Shown here one piece after another: positions 40,551 through 49,808 of a stretch of DNA of 64,000 bases. The position numbers were made by a program, and so were the translations under genes. The stretch is from an uncultured bacterium. GTDB taxonomy: Bacteria; Auribacterota; Erginobacteria; Erginobacterales; Erginobacteraceae. Below the pieces are notes generated by a model. The model had not been told where the DNA came from and searched no databases. It saw only the letters and a list, made by a program, of their open reading frames with translations. The first letter of the stretch is position 1, and every line of letters begins with the position of its first letter. The DNA lies in contig CAWGIE010000007.1 of the NCBI GenBank assembly GCA_963822585.1, positions 192,001 to 256,000 on the forward strand, given 5' to 3'.

Positions 40551-40741
40551 TTCCGATCGCGCAGCGCGTTCAAATCAAGATCGAGATCGACCTTGCCTTT
40601 AAATTTCTTCAGCCCCTGGATCCGGCACCTGCGGACGAATTCCTCCAGCGCGCTGATAATCACCGAGGTTTTTGTTCTCTGATGCGAAAGCTTCATAGCT
40701 TCCTCAAGCAACGCTTCCGGCAGGTCGAGTGTCGTTCTCAC
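40547..40741 (-). CDS. vapB: Type II TA antitoxin VapB
   Basis: MRTTLDLP..LL.EA...TKT; overlaps the toxin start. Confidence 0.85.
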   Translation of the reverse strand: MRTTLDLPEALLEEAMKLSHQRTKTSVIISALEEFVRRCRIQGLKKFKGKVDLDLDLNALRDRK

Positions 40742-41071
40742 GATAGCTCCTTATGTATATATTTAACTTTCTTAGCATACTTATTACATATAATATACAA
40801 TATCTATGCATACAAGCAATATTCGATTTAATTTATTGTTTCGGAATTTTCAGCCTGAGGCTGATGCGCCTCTGGCGCACAATAATCTTATTTTTCCTCC
40901 TGAAAAATAAGAATGTGCAAGCATTGAACCGACATTGCAGGGATATTTTAAAGAAAATTCGTGTAATTTCTCCGCCCCGCCGCGCCCCGACGTCTTAATC
41001 GGGGAAGATTTAATCGGGGGCGTAATTCGTAGTTCTATTGAGTTGCCCGAGCGCAGCGAGCTAATTTATAA

Positions 41072-42484
41072 TTATAAATCGGCCGGGCTTATCACCGCGA
41101 TGCCGGGGCGGTTGAGAACGTGGGTATAGATCATGGTCGTGCTCACGTCGCTGTGGCCCAGAAGCTCCTGCACGGTCCGGATGTCGTACCCGGCTTCGAG
41201 GAGGTGGGTGGCGAACGAGTGGCGCAGAGTGTGGCAGCTCACCCGCTTGGTCAGCCCCGCCGTCCGCGCCGCCGCCTTCACCGCCTTCTGAAGCCCGGTC
41301 GAATGAGTGTGATGGCGCCTGATCTTCCCGGAACGCGGGTCCGCCGAGAGCCGCCCGGCGGGGAAGACGTACTGCCAGCCCCACTCCCGGGAGGCGTTCT
41401 TGTACTTCCGCTCCAGGGCGGGAGGGATATAGGTCTCCCCGAATCCTTTCTCCAGGTCTTCATCGTGAGTATTTTTGACCTTTTTCAGATGTTCTTTGAG
41501 GGCCGGCTGATATTTTTCCGGCAGTATCGTTACCCGGTCCTTGTTCCCCTTCCCATCCCTGACCACGATCTGATTTTGCTCGAAGTCAACGTCCTGGACC
41601 CGGAGGCGGATGCATTCCATCAATCGTAATCCTCCCCCATAGAGGAGGCCGGCCATCAGCGAGTATGGTTCACTCAATGCTTCCATCAACCGGTCCTTCT
41701 CTTTTCTCGTCAGCACCACCGGCAGCCGCTTCGGTTTCCTCGCCGGCGCGAACTCACCGATTAAACCAAGCGGTTCCTTCAGTGCCTGGTCATAAAAGAA
41801 GACCAGCGCGTTCAGGGCCTGGCGTTGGGTGCTGAGCGAGACCTTTCTCTCGACGGCCAGGTACTCCAGATACTCTCTCACCTCTTCCGCTCCCAGTTCC
41901 CGGGGCGCTTTCAACCCGTGGAAGGAGAGAAACCGCTGAGCCCAGTTGGCATAGGTCTCCTCGGTCCGCATCGAGTAATGACGAAGCCGCAGTTCCGCCC
42001 GCAGCCGCTCGAAATCCGCTTCAAAGCGCGTCTGCGCCTCGCCGCCGACGGCTTGATCGCGGAAAGTTGTTTCCAGCACTTTTCCGGGGCATCCCCCCTT
42101 GACCGCCATCCCCGCGGCCGCTCCGGGGCCGGATTTTTGCCCGGTTTTTCGCGGAATGTTCCGGGCCCATTCCACATTTAAAAAGACCCGGTAGAGGATC
42201 CAGAGGGCGTCTCTCGCCTGCTCTACCTGCCAATCCTTAATCCCATCTCTTCGGGCCAGATGGTCCAGGTAAGCCCGCACTTCCCCGGCGTTCCGGTTCT
42301 GCAGCGGACTCCCCCGCAGTGATTTGGCGAAATCTTCCGCCCATTTCACGTACCATTGGATCCGGGGAGCCGGAACATCCTGCCGGGCAACCACCGCCGC
42401 GTAATCGGACCAGAATTTCTTCAGGCCGCCGGCGCCGGGTCCCCGAAATTTCTGCTTGACTTTTTGCCGTTTTCCGGTATACAT
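41072..42484 (-). CDS. intI: Integron integrase IntI with N-terminal extension
   Basis: [17 protein letters not shown], IntI-specific insert (LP.AL.RKY-like ...WGWQYVFP...DPRSG..RRHH), [35 protein letters not shown]; divergent from an attC array. Confidence 0.97.
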   Translation of the reverse strand: MYTGKRQKVKQKFRGPGAGGLKKFWSDYAAVVARQDVPAPRIQWYVKWAEDFAKSLRGSPLQNRNAGEVRAYLDHLARRDGIKDWQVEQARDALWILYRVFLNVEWARNIPRKTGQKSGPGAAAGMAVKGGCPGKVLETTFRDQAVGGEAQTRFEADFERLRAELRLRHYSMRTEETYANWAQRFLSFHGLKAPRELGAEEVREYLEYLAVERKVSLSTQRQALNALVFFYDQALKEPLGLIGEFAPARKPKRLPVVLTRKEKDRLMEALSEPYSLMAGLLYGGGLRLMECIRLRVQDVDFEQNQIVVRDGKGNKDRVTILPEKYQPALKEHLKKVKNTHDEDLEKGFGETYIPPALERKYKNASREWGWQYVFPAGRLSADPRSGKIRRHHTHSTGLQKAVKAAARTAGLTKRVSCHTLRHSFATHLLEAGYDIRTVQELLGHSDVSTTMIYTHVLNRPGIAVISPADL

Positions 42485-42619
42485 GGGATAGTGGTATTCC
42501 TCTTTATATACGATGCTTTCATCAATCTAAATATCGATTATGTGTCATAATATACCAGTATGTCTATTCTGTCTATTACAATATTGGGGCATTCTGCATT
42601 TTTCCAATATTAAACCTTC

Positions 42620-42638
42620 AACCTAATATCTGTTAGAA
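42620..42638 (+). other. attI recombination site (crossover G42632/TT)
   Basis: AACCTAATATCT-GTTAGAA between intI and cassette 1; sequence from GTTAGAA onward matches the cassette copy starting at 61486 while upstream sequence differs. Confidence 0.85.
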
Positions 42639-42639
42639 A

Positions 42640-42996
42640 ATGAATGAGAAGATCATTCGATACATATTATCCGGAATAATTTCCGGGATTTTCTTTTTAC
42701 TCGCCTTTCTTACAAAGCAAGTTTGGGTTTGCGGTTGGGGATTCATTTTCTTTCATTGGTTTATGAATCCACATAATCTAACAAAGAAAATCAAAATTCC
42801 GCGACTGCATACTAAAGATATTCCCGCTCTCATCGCGTTCCTCCTTTTCATTGTCGCCTTCATAATATTCACAGACTCAATCAAAGATTTGGAGGTTTTC
42901 AAAACTGCATCAACAAACTGGAAGGTCCTTTTATTACTGTGGTTAACACTAATGGTGTTTAAACTAAAAGTTTTTTTTCCAGAAAAAGAACAATAA
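42640..42996 (+). CDS. Cassette 1: small membrane protein
   Basis: Four hydrophobic segments; identical protein to cassette 21. Confidence 0.75.
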   Translation: MNEKIIRYILSGIISGIFFLLAFLTKQVWVCGWGFIFFHWFMNPHNLTKKIKIPRLHTKDIPALIAFLLFIVAFIIFTDSIKDLEVFKTASTNWKVLLLLWLTLMVFKLKVFFPEKEQ

Positions 42997-42998
42997 TT

Positions 42999-43070
42999 TT
43001 CTAACCATGCGCTCCACCCGACTTTTGACCGCCATGCGGCGGCCAAAAGCGGGTGAGCTCTACGTTAGGA
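42999..43070 (+). repeat. attC 1 (short type)
   Basis: TTCTAAC-catgc-GCTCCAC...GTGAGC-tctac-GTTAGGA. Confidence 0.9.
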
Positions 43071-43086
43071 AGTAAACAACCTAAGA

Positions 43087-43878
43087 TTGGTGAAAATCAA
43101 ATCAAAAGGAATAATTGTTATTATTGTAGTGTGTATTCTAATTTTCTCTTATTTATGGATAAGCCACGAATTTCATAAAAAGCAGTTGAAAACAAGATTA
43201 CTTGAAACAGCTTTCAAAGAATTTGAGTTAAATGAATCGTTTGCGGGAGATGATGATCTTAATGATTTTTCTGATGTATTAAAAAGCTGGAAAAAAGCTA
43301 CTGGTTACGAGCTAATATCGTTCAAAGGAACCATCAATTCCGAAATTATAAAAAATCACACCATTTTTATACTGCAAGATAATTCTACAGACCTCGGAGG
43401 AAGAAGATGTGCATTAGCTTATTCGCCAGAAGATAATCATATTTTCAGTTTGGTGACTCAATATTCTTCTGGGTCCCAGAATAGAGAAGACTGGCTAATA
43501 CTTAATAATGTTCAACACCTAATTAAATCTGAAACGAAGTCTAAAGTGACTGAACCAATTGCACGGGAAATAGTAGATCTTTTTCTAAAATTATATGATA
43601 TCGACAGAAATTTTAAATTATTGAAAGATTCTCAAGATATCGAATTGCCCAAAGATGATTTTGGAGAAAATATTCCTATTCCCAGTGATATCCAGCAAAC
43701 AATTCGACCTCTTGAAGTTGAAGCAGTAAATGACAAATATATTTTGACTTTTTTCACTTGGGGAGGCCCTGAAGGAATTCTAAAAGAATGGAAGTTTATT
43801 GTGGAGAAAGACGGTACTATCAATTTCGAAATCATTTCCAGTAGAAAAGAGATCGGTCGAACATATTACACTTGGTAG
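43087..43878 (+). CDS. Cassette 2: membrane-anchored hypothetical protein
   Basis: N-terminal TM; fills the cassette. Confidence 0.7.
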   Translation: MVKIKSKGIIVIIVVCILIFSYLWISHEFHKKQLKTRLLETAFKEFELNESFAGDDDLNDFSDVLKSWKKATGYELISFKGTINSEIIKNHTIFILQDNSTDLGGRRCALAYSPEDNHIFSLVTQYSSGSQNREDWLILNNVQHLIKSETKSKVTEPIAREIVDLFLKLYDIDRNFKLLKDSQDIELPKDDFGENIPIPSDIQQTIRPLEVEAVNDKYILTFFTWGGPEGILKEWKFIVEKDGTINFEIISSRKEIGRTYYTW

Positions 43879-43907
43879 CTTCCAAGTTATTTCTTCATTC
43901 AAAAACT

Positions 43908-44037
43908 TCCTAACAAACCGCTCAAGCAGACCGGAAGGGCTTATGCTACTGTCGAACATTTTTAACTTCGCCGAAGTTTCTCGGGGTAGCATAGTTTCTT
44001 GGTCGGCCCCTTCCGGCCGCTTAGCTCTACGTTATGT
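43908..44037 (+). repeat. attC 2 (long type, about 130 bp)
   Basis: TCCTAAC...GCTCAAGCAGACCGGAAGGG...CCCTTCCGGCCGCTTAGC-tctac-GTTATGT. Confidence 0.9.
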
Positions 44038-44603
44038 TACAAGCACAAATAAAGACGATAACTCCTGGTTCATATCCAATTGAGACATGGCAGGGCATTG
44101 CGTTGCTAATAGCATTTATCGCCATTATTATTCTTTTCCTAGCCTATCTCAAATATAGACATTTTGCTTATAGCTTAGATTCAGAATTGCTAAATTCTGG
44201 GGTTCAACTGTTCAACCGCAACATTATTTGGAAGGGCGGATTTGAGAACTTGGTGTCATTTCTTGGGAAATATCGATTATCTGGAAGGCTAATTAATAAT
44301 GAAGCTTCTCTATTTAGGCCCGTTAAATCATTTTTTCGTCTTAATCATCTCAGCATCTATTGGTTACAGGTTTGCCAAAATCCCGAATCAAAACATATTC
44401 AGCTAAGTTTAAGAACATCTGTTATCCCCTGGTTCATCTACATAGCAATTATTTTATTATGGCTAATACTAAGTTATCGAATGCCAATAGGAATGAAGGC
44501 AGTGGTCTTTTTAATATTAATTCCAGATATTATTGCGTTTTTCATAATGAGGAAGAATTGCTTAAATTTAGTATCTTCATTTGAACAAAAACTAACAACA
44601 TAA
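44034..44603 (+). CDS. Cassette 3: membrane protein
   Basis: Three TM; ATG inside R' and TAA inside R''. Confidence 0.7.
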   Translation: MLQAQIKTITPGSYPIETWQGIALLIAFIAIIILFLAYLKYRHFAYSLDSELLNSGVQLFNRNIIWKGGFENLVSFLGKYRLSGRLINNEASLFRPVKSFFRLNHLSIYWLQVCQNPESKHIQLSLRTSVIPWFIYIAIILLWLILSYRMPIGMKAVVFLILIPDIIAFFIMRKNCLNLVSSFEQKLTT

Positions 44604-44726
44604 CGAGTCGCTCAAGCAGACCGGAAGGGCTAATGCTACTGCCGAACATTTTATCTTTGCCGGGGGTTTCCGGGGTATCAAGGTTTTTCAGTCGGTCCCT
44701 TCCGGCAGCTTAGCTCTACGTTATCC
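44598..44726 (+). repeat. attC 3 (long type)
   Basis: ACATAAC...GTTATCC with the same arms as attC 2. Confidence 0.9.
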
Positions 44727-45653
44727 ATGATGAAAAATATCTCAATCTTCATCCTATTAGGATTACTATCAATTTCCTGTTCTCCTCCATCGCATCATGA
44801 TGTAATTCAATGGGAGAGAGCACACAACGAGGGACAATCACTTTTTCAAAAGGGAGATTACAAATCCGCGATACGTAAAGCAACCAAGGCACTGGATATA
44901 GCAGAAAATCTCAGTGTTCCCAGAGAGATGTATGTTGTGAACTCCCTTAATAGTCTTGCTCAATATTTGCGCTATTATGGAGAATATGACAGGGCTATTC
45001 CTCTTTATAAAAGGGCTCTTGCTATCATAAAAAAATTTACCCCCAATAACAGACTATCAATAGCAACAATCCTTCATGGACTTGGTGCAACATATTATAG
45101 CCTAAAAGACTATGATCAGGCGGAACCAATTCTTGAAGAAGCACTGGCAATTCGCGAAGAGGAAGGTGGGCCAAGTTATTTTACTATTCATTATCTTGCC
45201 CATCTCAATTATCGGAAAGGAAATCTTTCTCAAGCAGAAAATTTATATAAAAAATCGTTAGAACTGAGAGAAGATAAATTTGGCCCGCAACATGCATATA
45301 TCATTCCTTCGTTAAATGGCCTGGCGAAGGTGTATGGGAAACAAGGGAAGTATGAAAAGGCCAAAGCTCTATATGAGCGAGCTTTAATAATCAGTAAACG
45401 TTTTGATCCAGAACATCCTCAACTCGCATCTACATTAGCTGGATTGGCGAAAATAAATAAGGCACAAAAAGAATATACAGAGGCTGAAAAACTGTACTTG
45501 AGATCATTACAAATATTTGAGAATAAATTAAGTAATCACCATCCTGTTATTATTAAAATATACCAAGATTTAATTGATTTATATGAATTAACCGATCAGA
45601 ACGATAAAGCGACTTTTTATAAATCACGTCTGAATAAACTCGAAACAAACTAA
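44727..45653 (+). CDS. Cassette 4: TPR lipoprotein (kinesin-light-chain-like repeats)
   Basis: Lipobox ISC; repeats SLN.LA..Y...G.Y..A..LY.RAL.I. Confidence 0.85.
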   Translation: MMKNISIFILLGLLSISCSPPSHHDVIQWERAHNEGQSLFQKGDYKSAIRKATKALDIAENLSVPREMYVVNSLNSLAQYLRYYGEYDRAIPLYKRALAIIKKFTPNNRLSIATILHGLGATYYSLKDYDQAEPILEEALAIREEEGGPSYFTIHYLAHLNYRKGNLSQAENLYKKSLELREDKFGPQHAYIIPSLNGLAKVYGKQGKYEKAKALYERALIISKRFDPEHPQLASTLAGLAKINKAQKEYTEAEKLYLRSLQIFENKLSNHHPVIIKIYQDLIDLYELTDQNDKATFYKSRLNKLETN

Positions 45654-45666
45654 TATCAAAAGAAAT

Positions 45667-45738
45667 GGATAACCATTCGCTTCACCCGACTTTTGACCGC
45701 CTTGCGGCGGCCAAAGGCGGGTGAGCTCCCCGTTAGCA
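45667..45738 (+). repeat. attC 4 (short type)
   Basis: GGATAAC...GTTAGCA. Confidence 0.9.
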
Positions 45739-45739
45739 T

Positions 45740-46459
45740 ATGAAGACAAGTTTAATAATCATTTGGAGGATTTACTTTTGGTTTATCCTTGCATTTGTTT
45801 TATTAATCACAATCTATTCCCTGCCAGTGAACTTCCTTGGCTGGATATCCAAGGCTATTCTCACTGTTTCGCTAGTGGGACTATTTATGTTCGTATATCA
45901 GAAGCCATTTCTGTCAAATATGTTTTGGAAATTATGGTTTTGCTTGCATATGCTCAGAGAAGTATATGAAATTTATTTTAATATCATACTGAAGCATAAA
46001 GGTTCATATAAGGAACTCATCATAGGAATAATTATTGCATTGCCAACTTATCTTGGATTGTTTCTTTATGGTTTTCGCTCAACAGAGATATGGGCAAAAT
46101 ATTCAGACCACTCAAGTTGGTCTAAGCCAGAAGTGGAAGCTCAGAAAGCTAATTTTCTCGTTAGGCCAATACTGGAAAAACATTTATCCATCATGCTCAT
46201 CGCTAGCCTTGCTATATTATTGTTGGTAAAAATATATGCTGGGTCGGAAATAATATTTAATTCTTCAAATATACTAAATCTCTTGGGCATAGCCATATTT
46301 TCAACGATCTCACCAGTATTAATAACATGTATTCCCGCAGGGATATATTGGTTGTCAAAAAGAAAGCTTATGCCAGCCTTTTATCCCATTATTTGGATTT
46401 CATGGATCACTATTCTATATTTTTATTCTGTGAGTCAGATAAACAAAGTAATACTTTAA
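45740..46459 (+). CDS. Cassette 5: polytopic membrane protein
   Basis: About seven hydrophobic segments. Confidence 0.7.
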   Translation: MKTSLIIIWRIYFWFILAFVLLITIYSLPVNFLGWISKAILTVSLVGLFMFVYQKPFLSNMFWKLWFCLHMLREVYEIYFNIILKHKGSYKELIIGIIIALPTYLGLFLYGFRSTEIWAKYSDHSSWSKPEVEAQKANFLVRPILEKHLSIMLIASLAILLLVKIYAGSEIIFNSSNILNLLGIAIFSTISPVLITCIPAGIYWLSKRKLMPAFYPIIWISWITILYFYSVSQINKVIL

Positions 46460-46553
46460 TATCTATTTTTGCCGCGTAATATACACTTTCGATTTTCCCA
46501 TAATAATTCTTATTAAAAATTGTAAAAAAGAAGAATATCGGACTACTAATTTT

Positions 46554-46683
46554 TGCTAACCAGTCGCTCAAGCAGACCGGAAGGGCGAATGCAACTGTTG
46601 AACATTTTTAGCTTCGCCGGAGTTTTTCGGGGTAGCAGGGTTTTTGGGTCTGCCCCTTCCGGCCGCTTAGCTTTTCGTTATGC
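46554..46683 (+). repeat. attC 5 (long type)
   Basis: TGCTAAC...GTTATGC. Confidence 0.9.
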
Positions 46684-47174
46684 AATCATTAAAAATTAGT
46701 TTTATTTATATAATCCCAGTAATTATCGGTCATCTTTCCTGTCTTACTGCGACTTCTTGTTGCGTAAGGCATCAGAATATAGACGGCTTAGTATTCATCT
46801 ATAATTCTCAGAAATATCCTGAAGATATCGTTTTTGGCTCCATGGAATTTACTTCCCGAGAAGAAATCAGGGGATCTCATCAATGTTCTCAAAATTTACA
46901 AGTTCTTTTGAAACCAGGTGATGTAATAGGCTATCGATCATACAAGGAAGGTAAATTGCTTGAGGAGCTAATTGGAACTGTTGATAAAAATAGAGATATA
47001 AATTTTAACAATATGGCTATGGCTCAAATAGATCATTTCAATATTTTTGATGCCTTTGTAGAATTGAAAATATACTTCTGCGATAAATATCCAGGCATTT
47101 GCGAAGATAGGTGGAGAGCCAGTGATCAACCATTTTCCATATTTATTAATGAAGAATCATATGAAATACCTTAA
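46680..47174 (+). CDS. Cassette 6: hypothetical (exported?) protein
   Basis: Fills the cassette; hydrophobic N-terminus. Confidence 0.65.
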   Translation: MQSLKISFIYIIPVIIGHLSCLTATSCCVRHQNIDGLVFIYNSQKYPEDIVFGSMEFTSREEIRGSHQCSQNLQVLLKPGDVIGYRSYKEGKLLEELIGTVDKNRDINFNNMAMAQIDHFNIFDAFVELKIYFCDKYPGICEDRWRASDQPFSIFINEESYEIP

Positions 47175-47187
47175 AAATTCCAGTATG

Positions 47188-47259
47188 GCATAACCAGGCG
47201 CTCCACTCGACTTTTACCCGCCGTGCGGCGGGTAAAAGCGGGTGAGCTCATCGTTAGCT
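47188..47259 (+). repeat. attC 6 (short type)
   Basis: GCATAAC...GTTAGCT. Confidence 0.9.
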
Positions 47260-47290
47260 ACTTCTTAATCAAACACATTGTATATAACAA

Positions 47291-47887
47291 ATGATTACCC
47301 AATTAAAAAACATACTGATTATTCAATCAATCTTGTTCTTTGTGTGCTCAACCTCATCGCAAGCAAGGCTTTTAAGAGACTGGGATGAGGTCGACTCGAA
47401 AGCTTATAACTTTATAGAAAGCAAGCAATACTCCGAGGGGATTAAGTTTGCTGAAGAAGCTTTACAAAACGCCGTAGAGAATTATGGCCCCAAACATCTT
47501 TCTGTTGCAAAGGCTCTATATTGGATGGCTTGCTTTTATAAAGAACAAGGAAATTGTTTAAAAGCAGAGTCTTTGTTTAAAAATTCACTTGCTATTTGCG
47601 AACAATATCTAGAATCAGATCCAGATTCACATATTCCTCTTATATATAGTCACGTCTATGATTTTTCTCTTCTTTCTCTGTGCGATATTTATAAATCTAC
47701 AAATGAGTTTACTAAAGCAGAAGCCGTTCTGAGACGATATATAGAAATGCATGGGGGGCTGGAAAACAATTCCCAAGAGCTATTTTTAAAAGAACTAGCA
47801 GAACTCTATAAAATATTGGGTTGGGAAAAAAATATGCTTGTAGTTGAAGAACGGATAAAAGAAATTCAATTACAAGATAAGAAATAA
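47291..47887 (+). CDS. Cassette 7: secreted TPR protein
   Basis: Signal peptide; YGPKH..VA.AL...A..Y..QG...AE.L TPR pattern. Confidence 0.75.
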   Translation: MITQLKNILIIQSILFFVCSTSSQARLLRDWDEVDSKAYNFIESKQYSEGIKFAEEALQNAVENYGPKHLSVAKALYWMACFYKEQGNCLKAESLFKNSLAICEQYLESDPDSHIPLIYSHVYDFSLLSLCDIYKSTNEFTKAEAVLRRYIEMHGGLENNSQELFLKELAELYKILGWEKNMLVVEERIKEIQLQDKK

Positions 47888-47925
47888 CAATCTGTCATTT
47901 TCATAATACTAACTATCAGTAGCTA

Positions 47926-49802
47926 GACCTTACTCGAAAAGCTACTTTCAAGAAACAGCAAACCGAAGAATAATAGCATAATCGGGGGAGAAAAGGCATA
48001 GTAAAAATGCCGCAATGTGCTACAATTAGCCAACTACCGCAAAATAGGAGGCTGAATATGCAAGCACACGCGGCACATCATAATCTACCATCTCCCCACC
48101 TCCAGGGCAACCTATTTTTGCCGGTTCCCGACAGCGATTTCAGCGCTTTTCTGCAACAAAGCGAAGAATTAGTCAGATTTGCCCCTGAAATCCTGGCTGA
48201 AATCGATCGGGATTTGGATCAACGCGGGATAGGAAAGAAAATAAAGCGTTTTGCAGATAAACGGCATATGGAGGAGTTGACATCCGAATTGTCTGGCATA
48301 CGGTTGGATGATTACAGTGTCAACGATTATGAGTACCAGCTTGAAGTAGGCCACCCCCGGATGCCGGCTTACCTGGTGTATATATTTTTGCAGATACGGG
48401 GCTATCTGGGTTCGGCAACCAACAGGGAGGCGGTAACCTTTATTCTGGAATCAATGTCGCTATATTCTTTCCTGCAGAGTCGAGGTTATAAGATGCCGGC
48501 ACCAAACACGATCCTGGAGAACACCAATGCGGTTACGAACCGGACCCGGGAGTTGATCCTGGAAAAGCAGATTGCCTTGATCCGGGAAGAAGGACTGGAT
48601 GATTTTATAAAGACGACTTTCGATTCGACTCAGGTGGAGGCGAACTCCGCCTGGCCCACCGACTCAAGGATCTTGACGGGTTTGGTAACGCGAGCGCACA
48701 AGTTGGGCCAGTTGCTGGAGAATTTTCAACTGCCGAATTTTTCGGTGTGGTGGATGCGGCAATGGCTGAAAAAGATGCGGAGATTGGATCTGGAGATTAA
48801 TCTGGCGTCAACCAAGTCCCGAATGAAAAACCGGAGAAAGAAGATACGGCAGTATTATCGTCGTCTGTTCGGTTTTGGCCGCCAGGCAATTGCTTATCTG
48901 GACGAGGAGTTGACGAAGTTGGAGGACACCTACCAGCCGTACGATTTTATCCTTCCCAGCCAGAGGCAGAGGCTGGAAAATTTATTGCAACAAATCCGTG
49001 AAGATATCGAGGATGCCGGGCGAGTGGTCGCCTATGCCGAAGAGCGTGTCTTCGCAGGCAAAGTCGTAAGTTCTCGGGATAAGATATTGAGTTTAGCGGA
49101 TAAATCGGCGGCTTATATCGAGAAGGGCGGCCGGGAAGCAGTGATCGGTTACAAGCCGCAGATTGCCAGGAGCGGGGAGGGATTTATTGTTGGACTGATC
49201 GTCAGGGAGGGGAATCCAGCAGACAAGTCTGAGTTATTGCCTTTGTTTGACGAGGTGGTCGGACGGACGGGGATAGTCCCGGAGGTGGTCAGTGCGGATG
49301 ACGGTTATGCGTTTGGGGATGCCCGGGACACTATCCTTGAGCGGGGAGTGAAGGTAATGAGTTTGAGCGGATCGCGGGGGAAGAGAATAATCGGGGATAG
49401 AGATTGGGAGAGCGATGGATACCGGGAAGCCCGACGGATGCGATCGGCAGTTGAATCCCTGATGTTCGTCTTGAAGCACTGTTTTGAATTTGGACGTTTG
49501 GGCCGGCGGGGTCTGGAGGCGGTGCGCGCGGAGTTGCTGGAGAAGGCCATAGCCTACAATACCTGCCGGATTACATATTTGAAGAGGAGGGCAGAACAAG
49601 AGATTGTAAGTCAGGCCGCTTAAACAGCGGCCGCAAATAATTGTCAGAGAGAAAACACGGGAGGAGTGTTTCCGCGCTCAGTCCGGAAGAAGCAAATGGG
49701 CGATAAATCAGGCAGCAGATAGCACAGAAAACGCAAAATTCGGTGCTCTTGCCGGTTGAGGGAGAACAAGGGGGTGTGGCGGGGGGCTTTTCGAGTAAGG
49801 TC
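47926..49802 (+). mobile_element. IS5-like/ISNCY insertion sequence, copy 1 (1877 bp)
   Basis: TIR GACCTTACTCGAAAAGC / GCTTTTCGAGTAAGGTC flanked by TAGCTA; exact ends ambiguous by 1-2 bp because the target is palindromic. Confidence 0.9.
48058..49623 (+). CDS. DDE transposase (IS5-like/ISNCY)
   Basis: DSTQVEAN..WPTDS, ADDGY, R..RSAVES...LK; SD AGGAGG before ATG 48058. Confidence 0.88.
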   Translation: MQAHAAHHNLPSPHLQGNLFLPVPDSDFSAFLQQSEELVRFAPEILAEIDRDLDQRGIGKKIKRFADKRHMEELTSELSGIRLDDYSVNDYEYQLEVGHPRMPAYLVYIFLQIRGYLGSATNREAVTFILESMSLYSFLQSRGYKMPAPNTILENTNAVTNRTRELILEKQIALIREEGLDDFIKTTFDSTQVEANSAWPTDSRILTGLVTRAHKLGQLLENFQLPNFSVWWMRQWLKKMRRLDLEINLASTKSRMKNRRKKIRQYYRRLFGFGRQAIAYLDEELTKLEDTYQPYDFILPSQRQRLENLLQQIREDIEDAGRVVAYAEERVFAGKVVSSRDKILSLADKSAAYIEKGGREAVIGYKPQIARSGEGFIVGLIVREGNPADKSELLPLFDEVVGRTGIVPEVVSADDGYAFGDARDTILERGVKVMSLSGSRGKRIIGDRDWESDGYREARRMRSAVESLMFVLKHCFEFGRLGRRGLEAVRAELLEKAIAYNTCRITYLKRRAEQEIVSQAA

Positions 49803-49808
49803 TAGCTA

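Noticed and set aside
42485..42632. SOS (LexA) box or defined Pc promoter
   Set aside because: No clear CTGT-N8-ACAG or GAAC-N4-GTTC match; the region is AT-rich and promoter hexamers cannot be assigned reliably.
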